Source: a virus (Duplodnaviria > Caudoviricetes). From it: DNA of 38,107 nt. Below the pieces are notes generated by a model. The model ran no database searches. It was given only the letters and a program-made list of their open reading frames with translations, and had not been told where the DNA came from. A program made the translations under genes and the position numbers. The stretch is from positions 1 through 38,107 of the IMG/VR virus record IMGVR_UViG_3300021560_000035. One strand, given 5' to 3'. Shown one piece after another: positions 1 through 9,571 of this stretch (position 1 is its first letter; the number at the start of each line of letters is the position of its first letter).

Positions 1-123
1 CCGTCTCAGCTTTTGATTGCGAGCGGCGGAAATCTGACGGTCTTTTCGCTGCTGACGAATACCTTTCAGGCACTCACCACTCCGCCGACGCAAGTCTTGA
101 TGGTCGATTTTCTGGACGGCTTC
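1..123. repeat. Terminal direct repeat, copy 1 (circular-assembly overlap)
   Basis: Identical to 37985-38107; the gp10-like reading frame continues across the junction. Confidence 0.97.
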
Positions 124-1173
124 TTTATCGCGCTGGAGGCCGGGAATACCTGGTCGGTCTCGAATCCCGAAGACGCCACAACCTGGCCGGGAATCTCGGT
201 TACACAGGTTCAAGTTTTCTCGGATCAGTTGCTCGCCATCATCGCGTCGAATCGCCTGCTGTGGGTTTTCGGGCAAAAGCGCGCGGTCGCCTACTACAAC
301 TCCGGGGCGCCCCTATTTCCGTTCGATGTGGCCTCGGGCGGGTTCGTGGAAGTCGGAATTCTGGCGCAGTATTCGCCGGCCAGAGTTGCCACAAGAGCCG
401 GAACCACCGTCTGCTTTCTCGGCGGAGATGAGCGCGGTGCCGGCGTCGTTTATGCGCTGAATGGATTCATCGAACAGAGAATCTCCGACAGCGCCCTGGA
501 ATATTGGCTGGCGCATCAAGGGGTGATCTCGGATGCGGTCGGCTGGGCGAGCCAGGAGGAAGGGCAGAACTTCTACAACCTCTGGTTTCCGACGGCGAAT
601 ACCACCTGGGTCCTGGATGTAGATCTAGGCTGGTGGCATCAGCGCAGTTCGCTGGTCGGCGGCAGATCCGCGGCCCACCTCGCGCGGTGCCATACCTACA
701 ACTTCGCGCAGCACCTAGTGGGAGATCGGAACTCTGGGAATGTCTATTCCATGTCCTCCTCCAATCTCACCGACAACGGGCTGGCGATCATCCGGACCCG
801 TGTCGGGCCCACGATCTCCAATGAGAGTGGACAGCTTCCGGTCGCAATCAATGAATTCCAAGTGGATTTCGAGATGGGCATGGGACCGGAACCGCCGCTC
901 AAAGATAATGCCGGAAATCCGCGCGACCCCTACGCCATGTTCTCCTACTCGGAAGACTACGGAAAGACCTGGACGCCGGAGCGGATGATTCCCTGCGGAC
1001 AGGCGGGACAGTTCAAGAAAGTGGCGATTGACCGGAGGCTCGGAAGTTGGCGGAGTTGGACGCCCAAGGTCACCGTCTCCGATCCGGTTCTGTGGCGGGT
1101 GGTCGATGCCTACACCAACTCTACCCAGGATTCGCAGCAGCGCTGGGCAAAGAAAATCGCGGCGGTTTCCTGA
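1..1173 (+). CDS. P22 gp10-like packaged-DNA stabilisation/tail hub protein, 3' part (starts at 37631; ~508 aa across the junction)
   Basis: In frame with ATG 37631 through the terminal repeat; gp10-type motifs (VDFLDGFFI, TWVLDVDLGWWHQR, SYSEDYGKTW); follows the gp4-like gene. Confidence 0.85.
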   Translation, partial: PSQLLIASGGNLTVFSLLTNTFQALTTPPTQVLMVDFLDGFFIALEAGNTWSVSNPEDATTWPGISVTQVQVFSDQLLAIIASNRLLWVFGQKRAVAYYNSGAPLFPFDVASGGFVEVGILAQYSPARVATRAGTTVCFLGGDERGAGVVYALNGFIEQRISDSALEYWLAHQGVISDAVGWASQEEGQNFYNLWFPTANTTWVLDVDLGWWHQRSSLVGGRSAAHLARCHTYNFAQHLVGDRNSGNVYSMSSSNLTDNGLAIIRTRVGPTISNESGQLPVAINEFQVDFEMGMGPEPPLKDNAGNPRDPYAMFSYSEDYGKTWTPERMIPCGQAGQFKKVAIDRRLGSWRSWTPKVTVSDPVLWRVVDAYTNSTQDSQQRWAKKIAAVS

Positions 1174-1176
1174 TCT

Positions 1177-1725
1177 ATGGCCGTCCGTCAATTACTTGAA
1201 ACCTTGGTTCCCCAGCACTGGGATAGCCAAAAGCCGGGCGCTCCCTCGGGCTTCAACCGAGTGCGCTGGCTGCAGGGATTGAACGATCTCATCAGCCGCC
1301 CGGTGAACAATCGGGGTGTGATTACTCTCCCGGCGACCATCGTGAACTTGAATGGCGGGCTGCAGTCGACCGGACAGGGCATCACTCCTTTACAGCCGAA
1401 GCGTTACGCGGAATTCACGGTGAAGGCGCGGGTGACCTTCCAATTGAATGGGGCGGGGGCGGGGTATATCCACGTCATGCGCACGCTGGGCTCGATCCCA
1501 GCCAATGGCGCGGCGCCCAATGCGGGCGATGTGATTGTCGGCGGAGATGCGTTCGCAGGCGGGCAACTGACAGGCGGGGTGAACCAGGCGGGCGCTTTCT
1601 CGTTTCTTGATACCGGGCTCGACATCACCAAGAGCTATCGCTATTACCTCGCGGTCAAGGGAACCGCCGCGCAGCAGTTGAGTCTGGCGAACACTTCGCA
1701 ATTACTTGTGATGGAACGGTCCTAA
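1177..1725 (+). CDS. Hypothetical virion protein between gp10 and the ejection genes
   Basis: 182 aa, beta-rich, tightly packed in the late operon. Confidence 0.6.
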   Translation: MAVRQLLETLVPQHWDSQKPGAPSGFNRVRWLQGLNDLISRPVNNRGVITLPATIVNLNGGLQSTGQGITPLQPKRYAEFTVKARVTFQLNGAGAGYIHVMRTLGSIPANGAAPNAGDVIVGGDAFAGGQLTGGVNQAGAFSFLDTGLDITKSYRYYLAVKGTAAQQLSLANTSQLLVMERS

Positions 1726-1729
1726 TCCC

Positions 1730-2638
1730 ATGGGCTTTCTTGGCGCAGCAATCGGCGGTCTCGGGTCACTCTTTGGCGGGCTGTTCGGCGCGAATGCTTC
1801 CTCGCAGGCTTCCCAGCAGTACATCAAAGCCCTACAACAGGCCCAGCAATGGATGCAGGGCCAGGAACAACAGGGCCTGCAGAACTACCAGCCCTTTCTG
1901 AATGCGGGCCAGGGCGCGGTCGGCACACTTTCGAGTCTGCTCGGCACGCCCGGCCAGGGTTTGCTGCAGCCATGGACCGGAACCTTCCAAGCGCCTACGG
2001 CCGCGCAGGCCGAAGCGACTCCGGGCTATCAGTTTCAGCTGCAGCAAGGTCTTGGGGCTCTACAGAACTCGGCGGCGGGACGGGGGTCATTGCTTTCCGG
2101 GCGCACCCTTGCCGATCTCAACAATTACGCGCAGGGTGTGGCCTCGACTAATTATCAAAACGTTTTCAACAACGCACTGACCCAGTACCAGACTTCTTAC
2201 AATTCGTTCCTGAACAATCAGAACAACCAGTATCAGCGGTTGCTGGGCACTTCCCAACTCGGCCTCGGCGCGGCGCAAGGCTCGGGACAGTTGATTTCTG
2301 GAATCGGCAGCGATATTGCCTCGCTGATCGGGCAGCAGGGTGCGGCGCGGGCGGCGGGAACCATCGGATCGGCGAATGCCTGGTCGAATGGCATTAGCGG
2401 AGCCTTAGGATCGCTGGGGAATTACTTCACATTGAGTGCCTTGGGTCAGCAGGGCGGCGGCGGTGGAGGCTTCACGCCGAGTGTGGGAGGCGTCTCCGAC
2501 CCGGCCCTTGCCTCGCCCCAATACATGCCCACGCCGACGATGAGCGATGTTCTCGGAAATTACGGTGGCGGTTCCGCGCCGATCAGTCCATTCCAATTGC
2601 CCTTGAGCACCTTCGGCAGCTTCCCAGGACTTCAATAA
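1730..2638 (+). CDS. DNA transfer/ejection protein, P22 gp7-like
   Basis: Gly/Ala hydrophobic N-terminus; PGYQFQLQQG and SAAGRGSLLSG motifs; Q/N-rich; synteny. Confidence 0.8.
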   Translation: MGFLGAAIGGLGSLFGGLFGANASSQASQQYIKALQQAQQWMQGQEQQGLQNYQPFLNAGQGAVGTLSSLLGTPGQGLLQPWTGTFQAPTAAQAEATPGYQFQLQQGLGALQNSAAGRGSLLSGRTLADLNNYAQGVASTNYQNVFNNALTQYQTSYNSFLNNQNNQYQRLLGTSQLGLGAAQGSGQLISGIGSDIASLIGQQGAARAAGTIGSANAWSNGISGALGSLGNYFTLSALGQQGGGGGGFTPSVGGVSDPALASPQYMPTPTMSDVLGNYGGGSAPISPFQLPLSTFGSFPGLQ

Positions 2639-4201
2639 ATGGCTCTCGAACTCCCAGGCCTCCCCAATTTCAACGTACAACCCCCGCAGGTCCCGAATGC
2701 CCTGGATCAGTACGGGAAAATGCTGCAACTGAAGTCCCTGATGGGGCAGCAGCAGCTTTTACCGTTGCAGATCCAGGAGGCACAGCAGAGGAATCAGGTG
2801 ACGGGGCTACAGGTGCAGCAGCAACAACTGGAGCTCCAGTCCCAGCAGGCCATGATGAAGGCCTGGAGCGATCCGGATTTTCTCAAGAATTTCACCGGAA
2901 CGGACAAGGCTTCAGCGAGCGGACTGGGATTCGACCCGGATGCGCTTACCAGTTCCCTGATCTCGAAGGGCGTGCTGCCGAAAGATGCCATGGCGATGAC
3001 AGGGCAGTTTGTGGATCGCTCGCAGAAGATCGCCACAACCCAGAAAGACATCGCGCAAACGGGAGAAGCAAATGCAGTATTGCGCGAGAAGGGCTTCAAG
3101 GTCCTGGGGGATCGTCTTGCTGATATTCTTGACGTAGCGAAAGACGATCCCACTAAAGGCGCGAGTTTACTGGCACAACTGAAACAGGACCTAGTGACGA
3201 ACCGGCAAGCCTTCGCGGGAGTGCCACAGGATGACTTGGCGCACGTCTATGGAGCGGATCTTGCCCATCTGCCAGCTATGGCTTCCCTATTGGGCTTCGA
3301 TAAGACCATCGCAGATTTTCACAAATCACAAGCAGATGCGCAGAAGTCCGCACAAGAAGCCATCAACGTCACGCCAGAGGGAGCAGCCACAAAAGCCGGA
3401 GCCGAGGCGAAAGCGCGGCTCGATGTCGAGAGTAGTCCGGAAGCCATTGCGCTGGCCGGGAAAAAGGCAGCCATCGAAGCGAATGCGCGCCAAGTGGCCG
3501 CACAGGGAAGCCCAGCCGATGCCGGACATCTACTCGCATCAGGCGATCTCACCTTGGCCGATTTGAAGTCGCGGGGTACTACGCCCAAGTTCATCACGCA
3601 AGCGGTGGCGGCGGCGCAGAAAGAGAAGCCAACCTACAACCCGGCCGATGAAGTCATCGCGGAACAAGTCGCAAAATCACCATCCGCAAATCAATTCTTT
3701 GGTTCGGCAAATTCACTGATCAGTAAAGGCGGCACTCTGGATCAGTTGGCAGAGTTGGGGAAAAATATTCCACAGCACGACTGGCCAGTGCTCAACTCGA
3801 TTGATGACTGGCAAAAACTTGCCCGCGGCAAGGGGCCGCTGGCCGGATATGCGGCTACGGCGCTTCGGGCAGCCGATGACTACGGCAAGGTGATGGGGGG
3901 CGGAAATGCCTCGGACCATGCGCGAGACGCGGCGCTGGCACTCTTTGCAAAAGCAGCCAGCCCAGAACAAAGAGCGGATGCCATCGCAGCAACACGCGGG
4001 GCGGTGCAATCGCAGCGGGATTCCCGGATCGGAAACAATCAGTTCTTAAAGAGGCAGTATGGGGTGGAAGTGGGTGGACAGGCGGGTGGAGGCGGAGGGG
4101 GCGGCGTACCGACTGGGGCGACTCACATTGGCACTAGCAGCCTTGACGGCAAACGCTATTACCTCGATGCGAATGGGCGAAAGTTGGGCGTGGCTCAGTG
4201 A
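2639..4201 (+). CDS. Putative ejection protein (gp20-like position)
   Basis: 520 aa, Q/A-rich and helical; abuts the gp7-like gene. Confidence 0.65.
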   Translation: MALELPGLPNFNVQPPQVPNALDQYGKMLQLKSLMGQQQLLPLQIQEAQQRNQVTGLQVQQQQLELQSQQAMMKAWSDPDFLKNFTGTDKASASGLGFDPDALTSSLISKGVLPKDAMAMTGQFVDRSQKIATTQKDIAQTGEANAVLREKGFKVLGDRLADILDVAKDDPTKGASLLAQLKQDLVTNRQAFAGVPQDDLAHVYGADLAHLPAMASLLGFDKTIADFHKSQADAQKSAQEAINVTPEGAATKAGAEAKARLDVESSPEAIALAGKKAAIEANARQVAAQGSPADAGHLLASGDLTLADLKSRGTTPKFITQAVAAAQKEKPTYNPADEVIAEQVAKSPSANQFFGSANSLISKGGTLDQLAELGKNIPQHDWPVLNSIDDWQKLARGKGPLAGYAATALRAADDYGKVMGGGNASDHARDAALALFAKAASPEQRADAIAATRGAVQSQRDSRIGNNQFLKRQYGVEVGGQAGGGGGGGVPTGATHIGTSSLDGKRYYLDANGRKLGVAQ

Positions 4202-4410
4202 CTCGGGGTGATCGGTTGCACATCGTAAAATGTTTCGTGCGCGGCGACGTGTCTCCGACTCCAGTAAGAGTATCCGCCAATTAGCAGAGCTATCGCCAAG
4301 ACAAGCGCTCCAGTCCATTTCGTAACTCTCCAGAACTTCGGCCAGGCATGGTTCCGATCCACCAGAAACAGCACAGTCGAAACGAAGATTGACAGAGCAA
4401 GGTATTCCAT
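4195..4410 (-). CDS. Small two-TM membrane protein (moron; candidate superinfection exclusion)
   Basis: 71 aa with two hydrophobic segments; counter-oriented inside the ejection module. Confidence 0.55.
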   Translation of the reverse strand: MEYLALSIFVSTVLFLVDRNHAWPKFWRVTKWTGALVLAIALLIGGYSYWSRRHVAAHETFYDVQPITPSH

Positions 4411-4431
4411 CGAGTAAACTCCTTTTCATGA

Positions 4432-4692
4432 CTATTGATTTTCCATCGGCTGCGAGCCTTGCTGTGGGTCTTCGGAAGGTCGTACCCCCAGACTTTGTGC
4501 AATCTGAACGTATTCCGCTCGCGCAAGTACGGCGTATGTATCGAGCTTCTGTTCGCGCACAAGCGCAGCAAAAGCCCGGTCGTCGTCGTCGGTCCAAAGT
4601 TCGCGGCTCCTGAGCGTTTCCCGAAGTTGGCCGATCAGCTCGTAGACGCGCAGAAACATCTGCATCATCAGCTCGTGCTCTTGTTGGGTCAT
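4432..4692 (-). CDS. Hypothetical protein (moron)
   Basis: 86 aa helical ORF with ATG start. Confidence 0.55.
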   Translation of the reverse strand: MTQQEHELMMQMFLRVYELIGQLRETLRSRELWTDDDDRAFAALVREQKLDTYAVLARAEYVQIAQSLGVRPSEDPQQGSQPMENQ

Positions 4693-4826
4693 GACTTAGC
4701 CGAGGACATCTGTGAGCCGACCACCCGATTCTCCAGTCCTCGGCTAAAGGGCAGGAGAACCGGGCAGCGACTCAGGGCTAGAAGTTTAGATCGATGGGCG
4801 ACTATGGAGCAATGGGAATAAGTTCT

Positions 4827-5108
4827 CTAGGACTTTGGTAACTGCTCGGTGATTACGAATTGCAAGGCCAGGTCCTTGTATCCGGCATTCTTCCAATCCT
4901 CAATGGCATCCAGCAGGCGGGCAATTTTGGCCCGCACGGGGCTCTCGTAGGCCCACATCTTGCGCGGACACGAAGGACAGGCTTGTTCGGCCAGCAGGTT
5001 CCCACTTTTCAGGGGCAGCGGCAGGCGAATGGAAGTCCCGCACTCGCAGCGCAGCTCGATTTCCTTCAGTTCGTTCACATCGATGGTCGTGACCTGCTTG
5101 GGCGTCAT
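4827..5108 (-). CDS. Zinc-ribbon hypothetical protein, paralogue A
   Basis: CEC...CPSC; ATG 7 nt after TAGAAT (leaderless-type start). Confidence 0.7.
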   Translation of the reverse strand: MTPKQVTTIDVNELKEIELRCECGTSIRLPLPLKSGNLLAEQACPSCPRKMWAYESPVRAKIARLLDAIEDWKNAGYKDLALQFVITEQLPKS

Positions 5109-5449
5109 GCCCCGCATTCTAACCCGGAAGGACTTTCGTAACTACTTTGGCAAGAGCTCGAACTGTACCGAGAAGTTCCGCTCATTGGTGCCCCGAAATT
5201 GGGTGAATAAACGCTGCAGAGCTTCCATGTGCTTCGCGTCCGCGCTGTTGTTGACGATCCATTGTTTCCCACAATTGGCGCAGGAGTAGGGAATCTTTTC
5301 CCAGCTGTCGGGACTGAAAGTGACGCTGGCCTTGCAATCGGCGCACTGAACGCGGATGGCACGAACATCCTCCAAACCAGCCCGGATGACATTTTCGCTA
5401 GTCATGTCCGTGATTTTAACCCGAAACCGTACTCAGGACTTTCGTAAGT
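4829..5449 (+). repeat. Three 15-bp direct repeats AGGACTTT(C/G)GTAA(C/G)T
   Basis: Copies at 4829-4843, 5129-5143 and 5435-5449; neighbours 14/15 identical; spacing 300 and 306 bp. Confidence 0.85.
5142..5405 (-). CDS. Zinc-ribbon hypothetical protein, paralogue B
   Basis: CADC...CANC; same layout and LPK ending as paralogue A; ATG 7 nt after TAAAAT. Confidence 0.7.
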   Translation of the reverse strand: MTSENVIRAGLEDVRAIRVQCADCKASVTFSPDSWEKIPYSCANCGKQWIVNNSADAKHMEALQRLFTQFRGTNERNFSVQFELLPK

Positions 5450-5459
5450 AGGCCGAGAA

Positions 5460-6899
5460 ATGGGCCAGCCCGCACAAGAAACATTCAGCAATGTGCAGCC
5501 TGTTGCACAAGCGGAGACCTTTGCGAATGTTACTCCGATCAACTCACCCGAGACGCCCCCTCCAGTTCCGCGCCCTCCGAACCCCCTTCAGGGAGTTGCG
5601 GGTTATGACCTGCTCGGCCCTTTGCGGGAGGATCAAACCCTTCCGGGCATGGTTAAGGGCCAACTGCAGAACCTGTACCAGATCAGCACTCCGGGCATCG
5701 CGGCTTCCCTGCTGCAGAAGCATTTTCCGAGTGTCTATGCAAAGGTCGCCCATTTGCTGCCGACGCCCACGCCTGCCGCACAACTGCCGAACCAAATCAT
5801 GGAGAACGGCACGATGATGGTAGCAACCGGCGCTCTCGAAAACGGTGGATTTGAGCCCGTCGGAGATACCACCCCTAGGGCAACCGCTACGCCCCGGCCC
5901 GCTGCTCCTCAGTCCAGCGCGCCCTCCGCGGCTTCCAGAGTCGCCGATGTTGCAGGCGACAAACTGATGACAGCGGCCAAGCGCTTCGTGGCTGGACGGA
6001 TTCCCGGCGCCCATTTTCTGATGGACCTGCACGACATCGTTAGCGCAGTTACAGAGCAGCCCGAAGCTCCGACAGTTCCGGCTGCTAGACCGCCAGTTGC
6101 TCAGCCACCCCTATCCGTTCCGGAAGCCCCTGCTGCCGTCCGACAAGGCTGGAGCCTCGCGCGCGGCCCGCAAACTGTTGTCGATCCAGCAGCAGGCCTC
6201 GCCCAAGGGCCAACTTACCCCCTGGCGGAAACTCTGCAATCCGGCCTCGATCGAGTCAACGCCCTCACCCAGCCCGTTGGCGGCGAAGTGCCGATGCGGC
6301 CCAGTATCGAGCGCGTTCAAAACCTTTCTCCCGTTCCGGCCGCCTCAGCGCCGGGCAGCAGCGCGGCGGTTCCCGCAGCCCCTGAAGCCTTACCAACGTC
6401 GGGAGCCGCCGCGCCTGCTGGGAACCTTGAACTTCCCCGCACGCTTGACGGAGAAAGCGCGCTCCGCCAGGTTCTGGGCGGGCAAGGTAATGCGAACCTG
6501 CTTAAAATTGCCCGCTCGCGGGGAATTGATGTCGCCAAGGAAGCCCAACTGAAACCGGGAGTCGCCGATAACCTACTAATCAACAAGATCATCGATGACT
6601 TCTCTCCGGAAGAATTGGACGATTTCCGGGCGAAATACGCGGAAACCTCACGCTTTCGTCACAATTTCGGCGACTTTGAGCAGGCGGTTGGCAAAGATGC
6701 GGCGCGCGAAGCCTGGAAGACCCTGAACCTGCAGCAGTATTTCCCCGATCTGAAGCTAACAAAAGCGTCCGTCGCGCGCACACGCTCCACAATTGACGCA
6801 GCGGCCAAAACGGCTGCTCCCACAGAAGACCTCACCGACGAATGGACGAAAGCGCTCCAGGCTGTCAAAGCGGGAAAGAAACTGAAGGATTTGCAATGA
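5460..6899 (+). CDS. Putative third ejection protein (gp16-like position)
   Basis: 479 aa, Pro/Ala-rich; N-terminal repeat ETFSNVQPV/ETFANVTPI; synteny only. Confidence 0.55.
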   Translation: MGQPAQETFSNVQPVAQAETFANVTPINSPETPPPVPRPPNPLQGVAGYDLLGPLREDQTLPGMVKGQLQNLYQISTPGIAASLLQKHFPSVYAKVAHLLPTPTPAAQLPNQIMENGTMMVATGALENGGFEPVGDTTPRATATPRPAAPQSSAPSAASRVADVAGDKLMTAAKRFVAGRIPGAHFLMDLHDIVSAVTEQPEAPTVPAARPPVAQPPLSVPEAPAAVRQGWSLARGPQTVVDPAAGLAQGPTYPLAETLQSGLDRVNALTQPVGGEVPMRPSIERVQNLSPVPAASAPGSSAAVPAAPEALPTSGAAAPAGNLELPRTLDGESALRQVLGGQGNANLLKIARSRGIDVAKEAQLKPGVADNLLINKIIDDFSPEELDDFRAKYAETSRFRHNFGDFEQAVGKDAAREAWKTLNLQQYFPDLKLTKASVARTRSTIDAAAKTAAPTEDLTDEWTKALQAVKAGKKLKDLQ

Positions 6900-8482
6900 G
6901 ACGACGATTCGAACGGCTGTCCCCGTTGCTTTTCGGTGCGATTCTGCTGGCTTGTTCGATGGTTGCGCACGCCCAGGTGTCGCCGATTCAGGCCCTGGGG
7001 AATATCCAGCTCCTCGATAACAATGGAAAGCCCGCGACCGCCGGGTGCCTCTACTTCTATGCGGCAGGGACTTCGACCCAACAGGCCACCTACACCGATT
7101 CGACGGGGACGGTGCAGAACACGAATCCGGTCTGTTTCGGATCGGGCGCACGGGCGCAAATCTGGCTAACCTCGACCCTGTTTTACAAGGTGGTTGCCTG
7201 TCTGGCGAACGATGGGCCCGCCTGCGCGCCGGCGGATGTGCTGTTCTCGGTCGACAACGTTCCGGGCGGACCAAGCGCCGGCGGCACCGGAAGCACGTTC
7301 ACTGGGACGTTCATTTCTTCATCGCCCAGCCCATCGACCACGGGAGTCCTTCGTTTGGCGTCCGGAGACTCCATTTGCTGGCGGAATGCGGCGGGTACGG
7401 CCAATCTGTGTATCTCGAAGGACGGCAATGATGTATTGAGCTGGGCGGGCGGCGATTTCAAGATGCCGGAGATCAACTGCGTCGCCAACCAGAGCGGATT
7501 TGACTTCATCTGCGCGGACTCTTCGACCCATCGCTTCAAGATGTCGCTCAACGCGGGATCTCAGCTCGTCATGGTAGGGATCGCGGCGGCGGGCACGGCG
7601 GGGCACCTGGCAACCATCGGCGCGAGCGGATACGACATTCAGGATGGAGGAAGTCCGCCGTCGACCACACTCTCTCTCCCGAATGACACGATCTCCGGGA
7701 CGACTACCAACACCGTCACCAAGGTTTCCGCGAACGGTGGTGGAGCGCAGACGGCCATCATCACCGCCTCAACCGATACCAACGGGGCGATCGGGATCTG
7801 CGTCTCGAATTGCGGCGCCTCCGGAAGTGCCAATATCGCGGTCTTCGGCTCGGCTTCGTGCGTTTTCGATGGCGGGACCACGGTCAACGACTATGTGGTG
7901 ATGTCGAACAGCACCGGCGGAGATTGCCACGATTCGGGAGTCGCGCCGCCGCAGTACCCGATCACCGGCCAGGTCCTCGGACGAGTCCAATCGAATAACG
8001 CCGGCGCGGGAACGTATCCGGTCGACCTGTTCCCGGCGGAAAACCGCGGGCAATTGCCCAGTCCCGCCTCGGACACGACCACCAATCTGGGATCGGGCGT
8101 CTCGATCGCGGGCAGCCCCTCTTCCACCGTAGTCATCACCAAGGCGCTCACCATGCCCTCGATCGGCTGTCCGTGCCGGGTGGATGCGCAGTGGAATACG
8201 TTCTGGAGTACCACGGCGGCGGGAGAGTTTGCGGTCTGGGTGTCGGATGGGACGAATCAGTTTGCAACGTCTTCGACTTCCACGACCGGCTCGAGCTCGC
8301 ATTTCGGAGTCGGCGGCTCCGGGTCCTCGCTGCAGACCTACGCCAATGGGGCGAATGTCACATTTACCCTCAATGCCTCGCAGGATTCTGGCGGGACGGT
8401 CACCGTCAACACGGTTTCCGGAGTAAGCGCGGCGACCCAGGCAACGTTTCTAAATCTGCGAATCTTCCGCAATTCCAACTAG
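6896..8482 (+). CDS. Tail spike/fibre with virion-anchoring N-domain and predicted signal peptide
   Basis: ATG 6896 overlaps the upstream stop; LLDNNGKP..LYFYAAGTSTQQATYTD..NTNPV resembles podophage tailspike anchor domains; N-terminus MRRRF..ILLACSMVAHA-Q. Confidence 0.7.
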   Translation: MRRRFERLSPLLFGAILLACSMVAHAQVSPIQALGNIQLLDNNGKPATAGCLYFYAAGTSTQQATYTDSTGTVQNTNPVCFGSGARAQIWLTSTLFYKVVACLANDGPACAPADVLFSVDNVPGGPSAGGTGSTFTGTFISSSPSPSTTGVLRLASGDSICWRNAAGTANLCISKDGNDVLSWAGGDFKMPEINCVANQSGFDFICADSSTHRFKMSLNAGSQLVMVGIAAAGTAGHLATIGASGYDIQDGGSPPSTTLSLPNDTISGTTTNTVTKVSANGGGAQTAIITASTDTNGAIGICVSNCGASGSANIAVFGSASCVFDGGTTVNDYVVMSNSTGGDCHDSGVAPPQYPITGQVLGRVQSNNAGAGTYPVDLFPAENRGQLPSPASDTTTNLGSGVSIAGSPSSTVVITKALTMPSIGCPCRVDAQWNTFWSTTAAGEFAVWVSDGTNQFATSSTSTTGSSSHFGVGGSGSSLQTYANGANVTFTLNASQDSGGTVTVNTVSGVSAATQATFLNLRIFRNSN

Positions 8483-8483
8483 C

Positions 8484-9527
8484 ATGAAAACGGCTCTACG
8501 ACTGCTTTTCCTCCTGCTTCTTTCCTCGCTGGCTTTCGGCCAAGGCAGCATTGTCCCGCCCCAGACGGCCTTGAAGACCGTCAACGGGTTCACCACGCCG
8601 ATCGCCAACGCCACGATTACGGTATGTGCGGCGAATACGGGTGGAATCCCCTGTTCTCCGGCCCTGGTCAATGCGATCTTTCAAAATACCTCCCTGACCC
8701 AGCCACTCTCGAATCCATTCACGTCCGACGCGCAGGGGAATTACCAGTTTGCGGTCGCTCCGGGAAGTTACACGGTCACGGTGACCGCCTTTGGATTTCA
8801 GGGAAATTCCTACCAGATCACCGTTCCGGGAACGGTCGGAACCCAGCTCGCGCCCGGCCAGATTCGCCAGATGTGGGTGATTGGGGATGGATCGAATCCG
8901 GTCTTCGGCATCGGGCATGGCAACGCCCCTGCGCAAACTGGCAGCTTCGCCCAGACCTTACCTACCGCTACTGAGATGGGAGGAAACAATCTCTCGGCAG
9001 CGGCGACAGCTTCCACGAACACCGTGGTCGGAGTTACCGGACCTGCGGCGGCCTCGAACGGCATCTTTACCTGGGGCACGTTCGGCTCGCTGCAGATGCG
9101 GGTCCGGTTCAATACCCTCACCAATGCCCGATGGTGGCTGGGGCTGGGCTTCCAGAAATTTCAGAGCGGTTCGGGCAACGCCAATTACGCGACCGACACC
9201 CCGAACACCCAATTCTGCGGATTCCGCCGATCGGACGTTACCGATACCACCATCAAGGCCATCTGCGAAACCAGCAACACCAACATCACGATCGTGGACA
9301 CCGGAGTTTCGGTAGATACCGTCCACTCCCAGCTTTTCGGCATCTTCCCGGTCCTGAACGGCGAAAGTTTCTACATCAACAATGTGCTGGTGGCGACCAT
9401 CACCACCAATGTCCCGACATCGACCACGCTTTACTCCCAGTTGGTCTGCGGCGATAACAAGAACACGAATACCGCGATCAACTTCGATTTCTGGTGGAGT
9501 CTGCAGACGAATCTTCCCCTGATCTAA
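8484..9527 (+). CDS. Putative tail appendage protein with signal peptide
   Basis: MKTALRLLFLLLLSSLAFG-Q; NPFTSDAQGNYQFAVAPGSYTV anchor-like domain; beta-rich C-terminus. Confidence 0.6.
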   Translation: MKTALRLLFLLLLSSLAFGQGSIVPPQTALKTVNGFTTPIANATITVCAANTGGIPCSPALVNAIFQNTSLTQPLSNPFTSDAQGNYQFAVAPGSYTVTVTAFGFQGNSYQITVPGTVGTQLAPGQIRQMWVIGDGSNPVFGIGHGNAPAQTGSFAQTLPTATEMGGNNLSAAATASTNTVVGVTGPAAASNGIFTWGTFGSLQMRVRFNTLTNARWWLGLGFQKFQSGSGNANYATDTPNTQFCGFRRSDVTDTTIKAICETSNTNITIVDTGVSVDTVHSQLFGIFPVLNGESFYINNVLVATITTNVPTSTTLYSQLVCGDNKNTNTAINFDFWWSLQTNLPLI

Positions 9528-9571
9528 TTTTTCTCTCCTTCTGTTCCATTTCCAATTTCCGAGGTTTCCAC

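Noticed and set aside
1-123. Biological terminal repeat of the virion DNA
   Set aside because: It falls mid-gene and far from the terminase genes; an assembler overlap of a circular contig explains it better.
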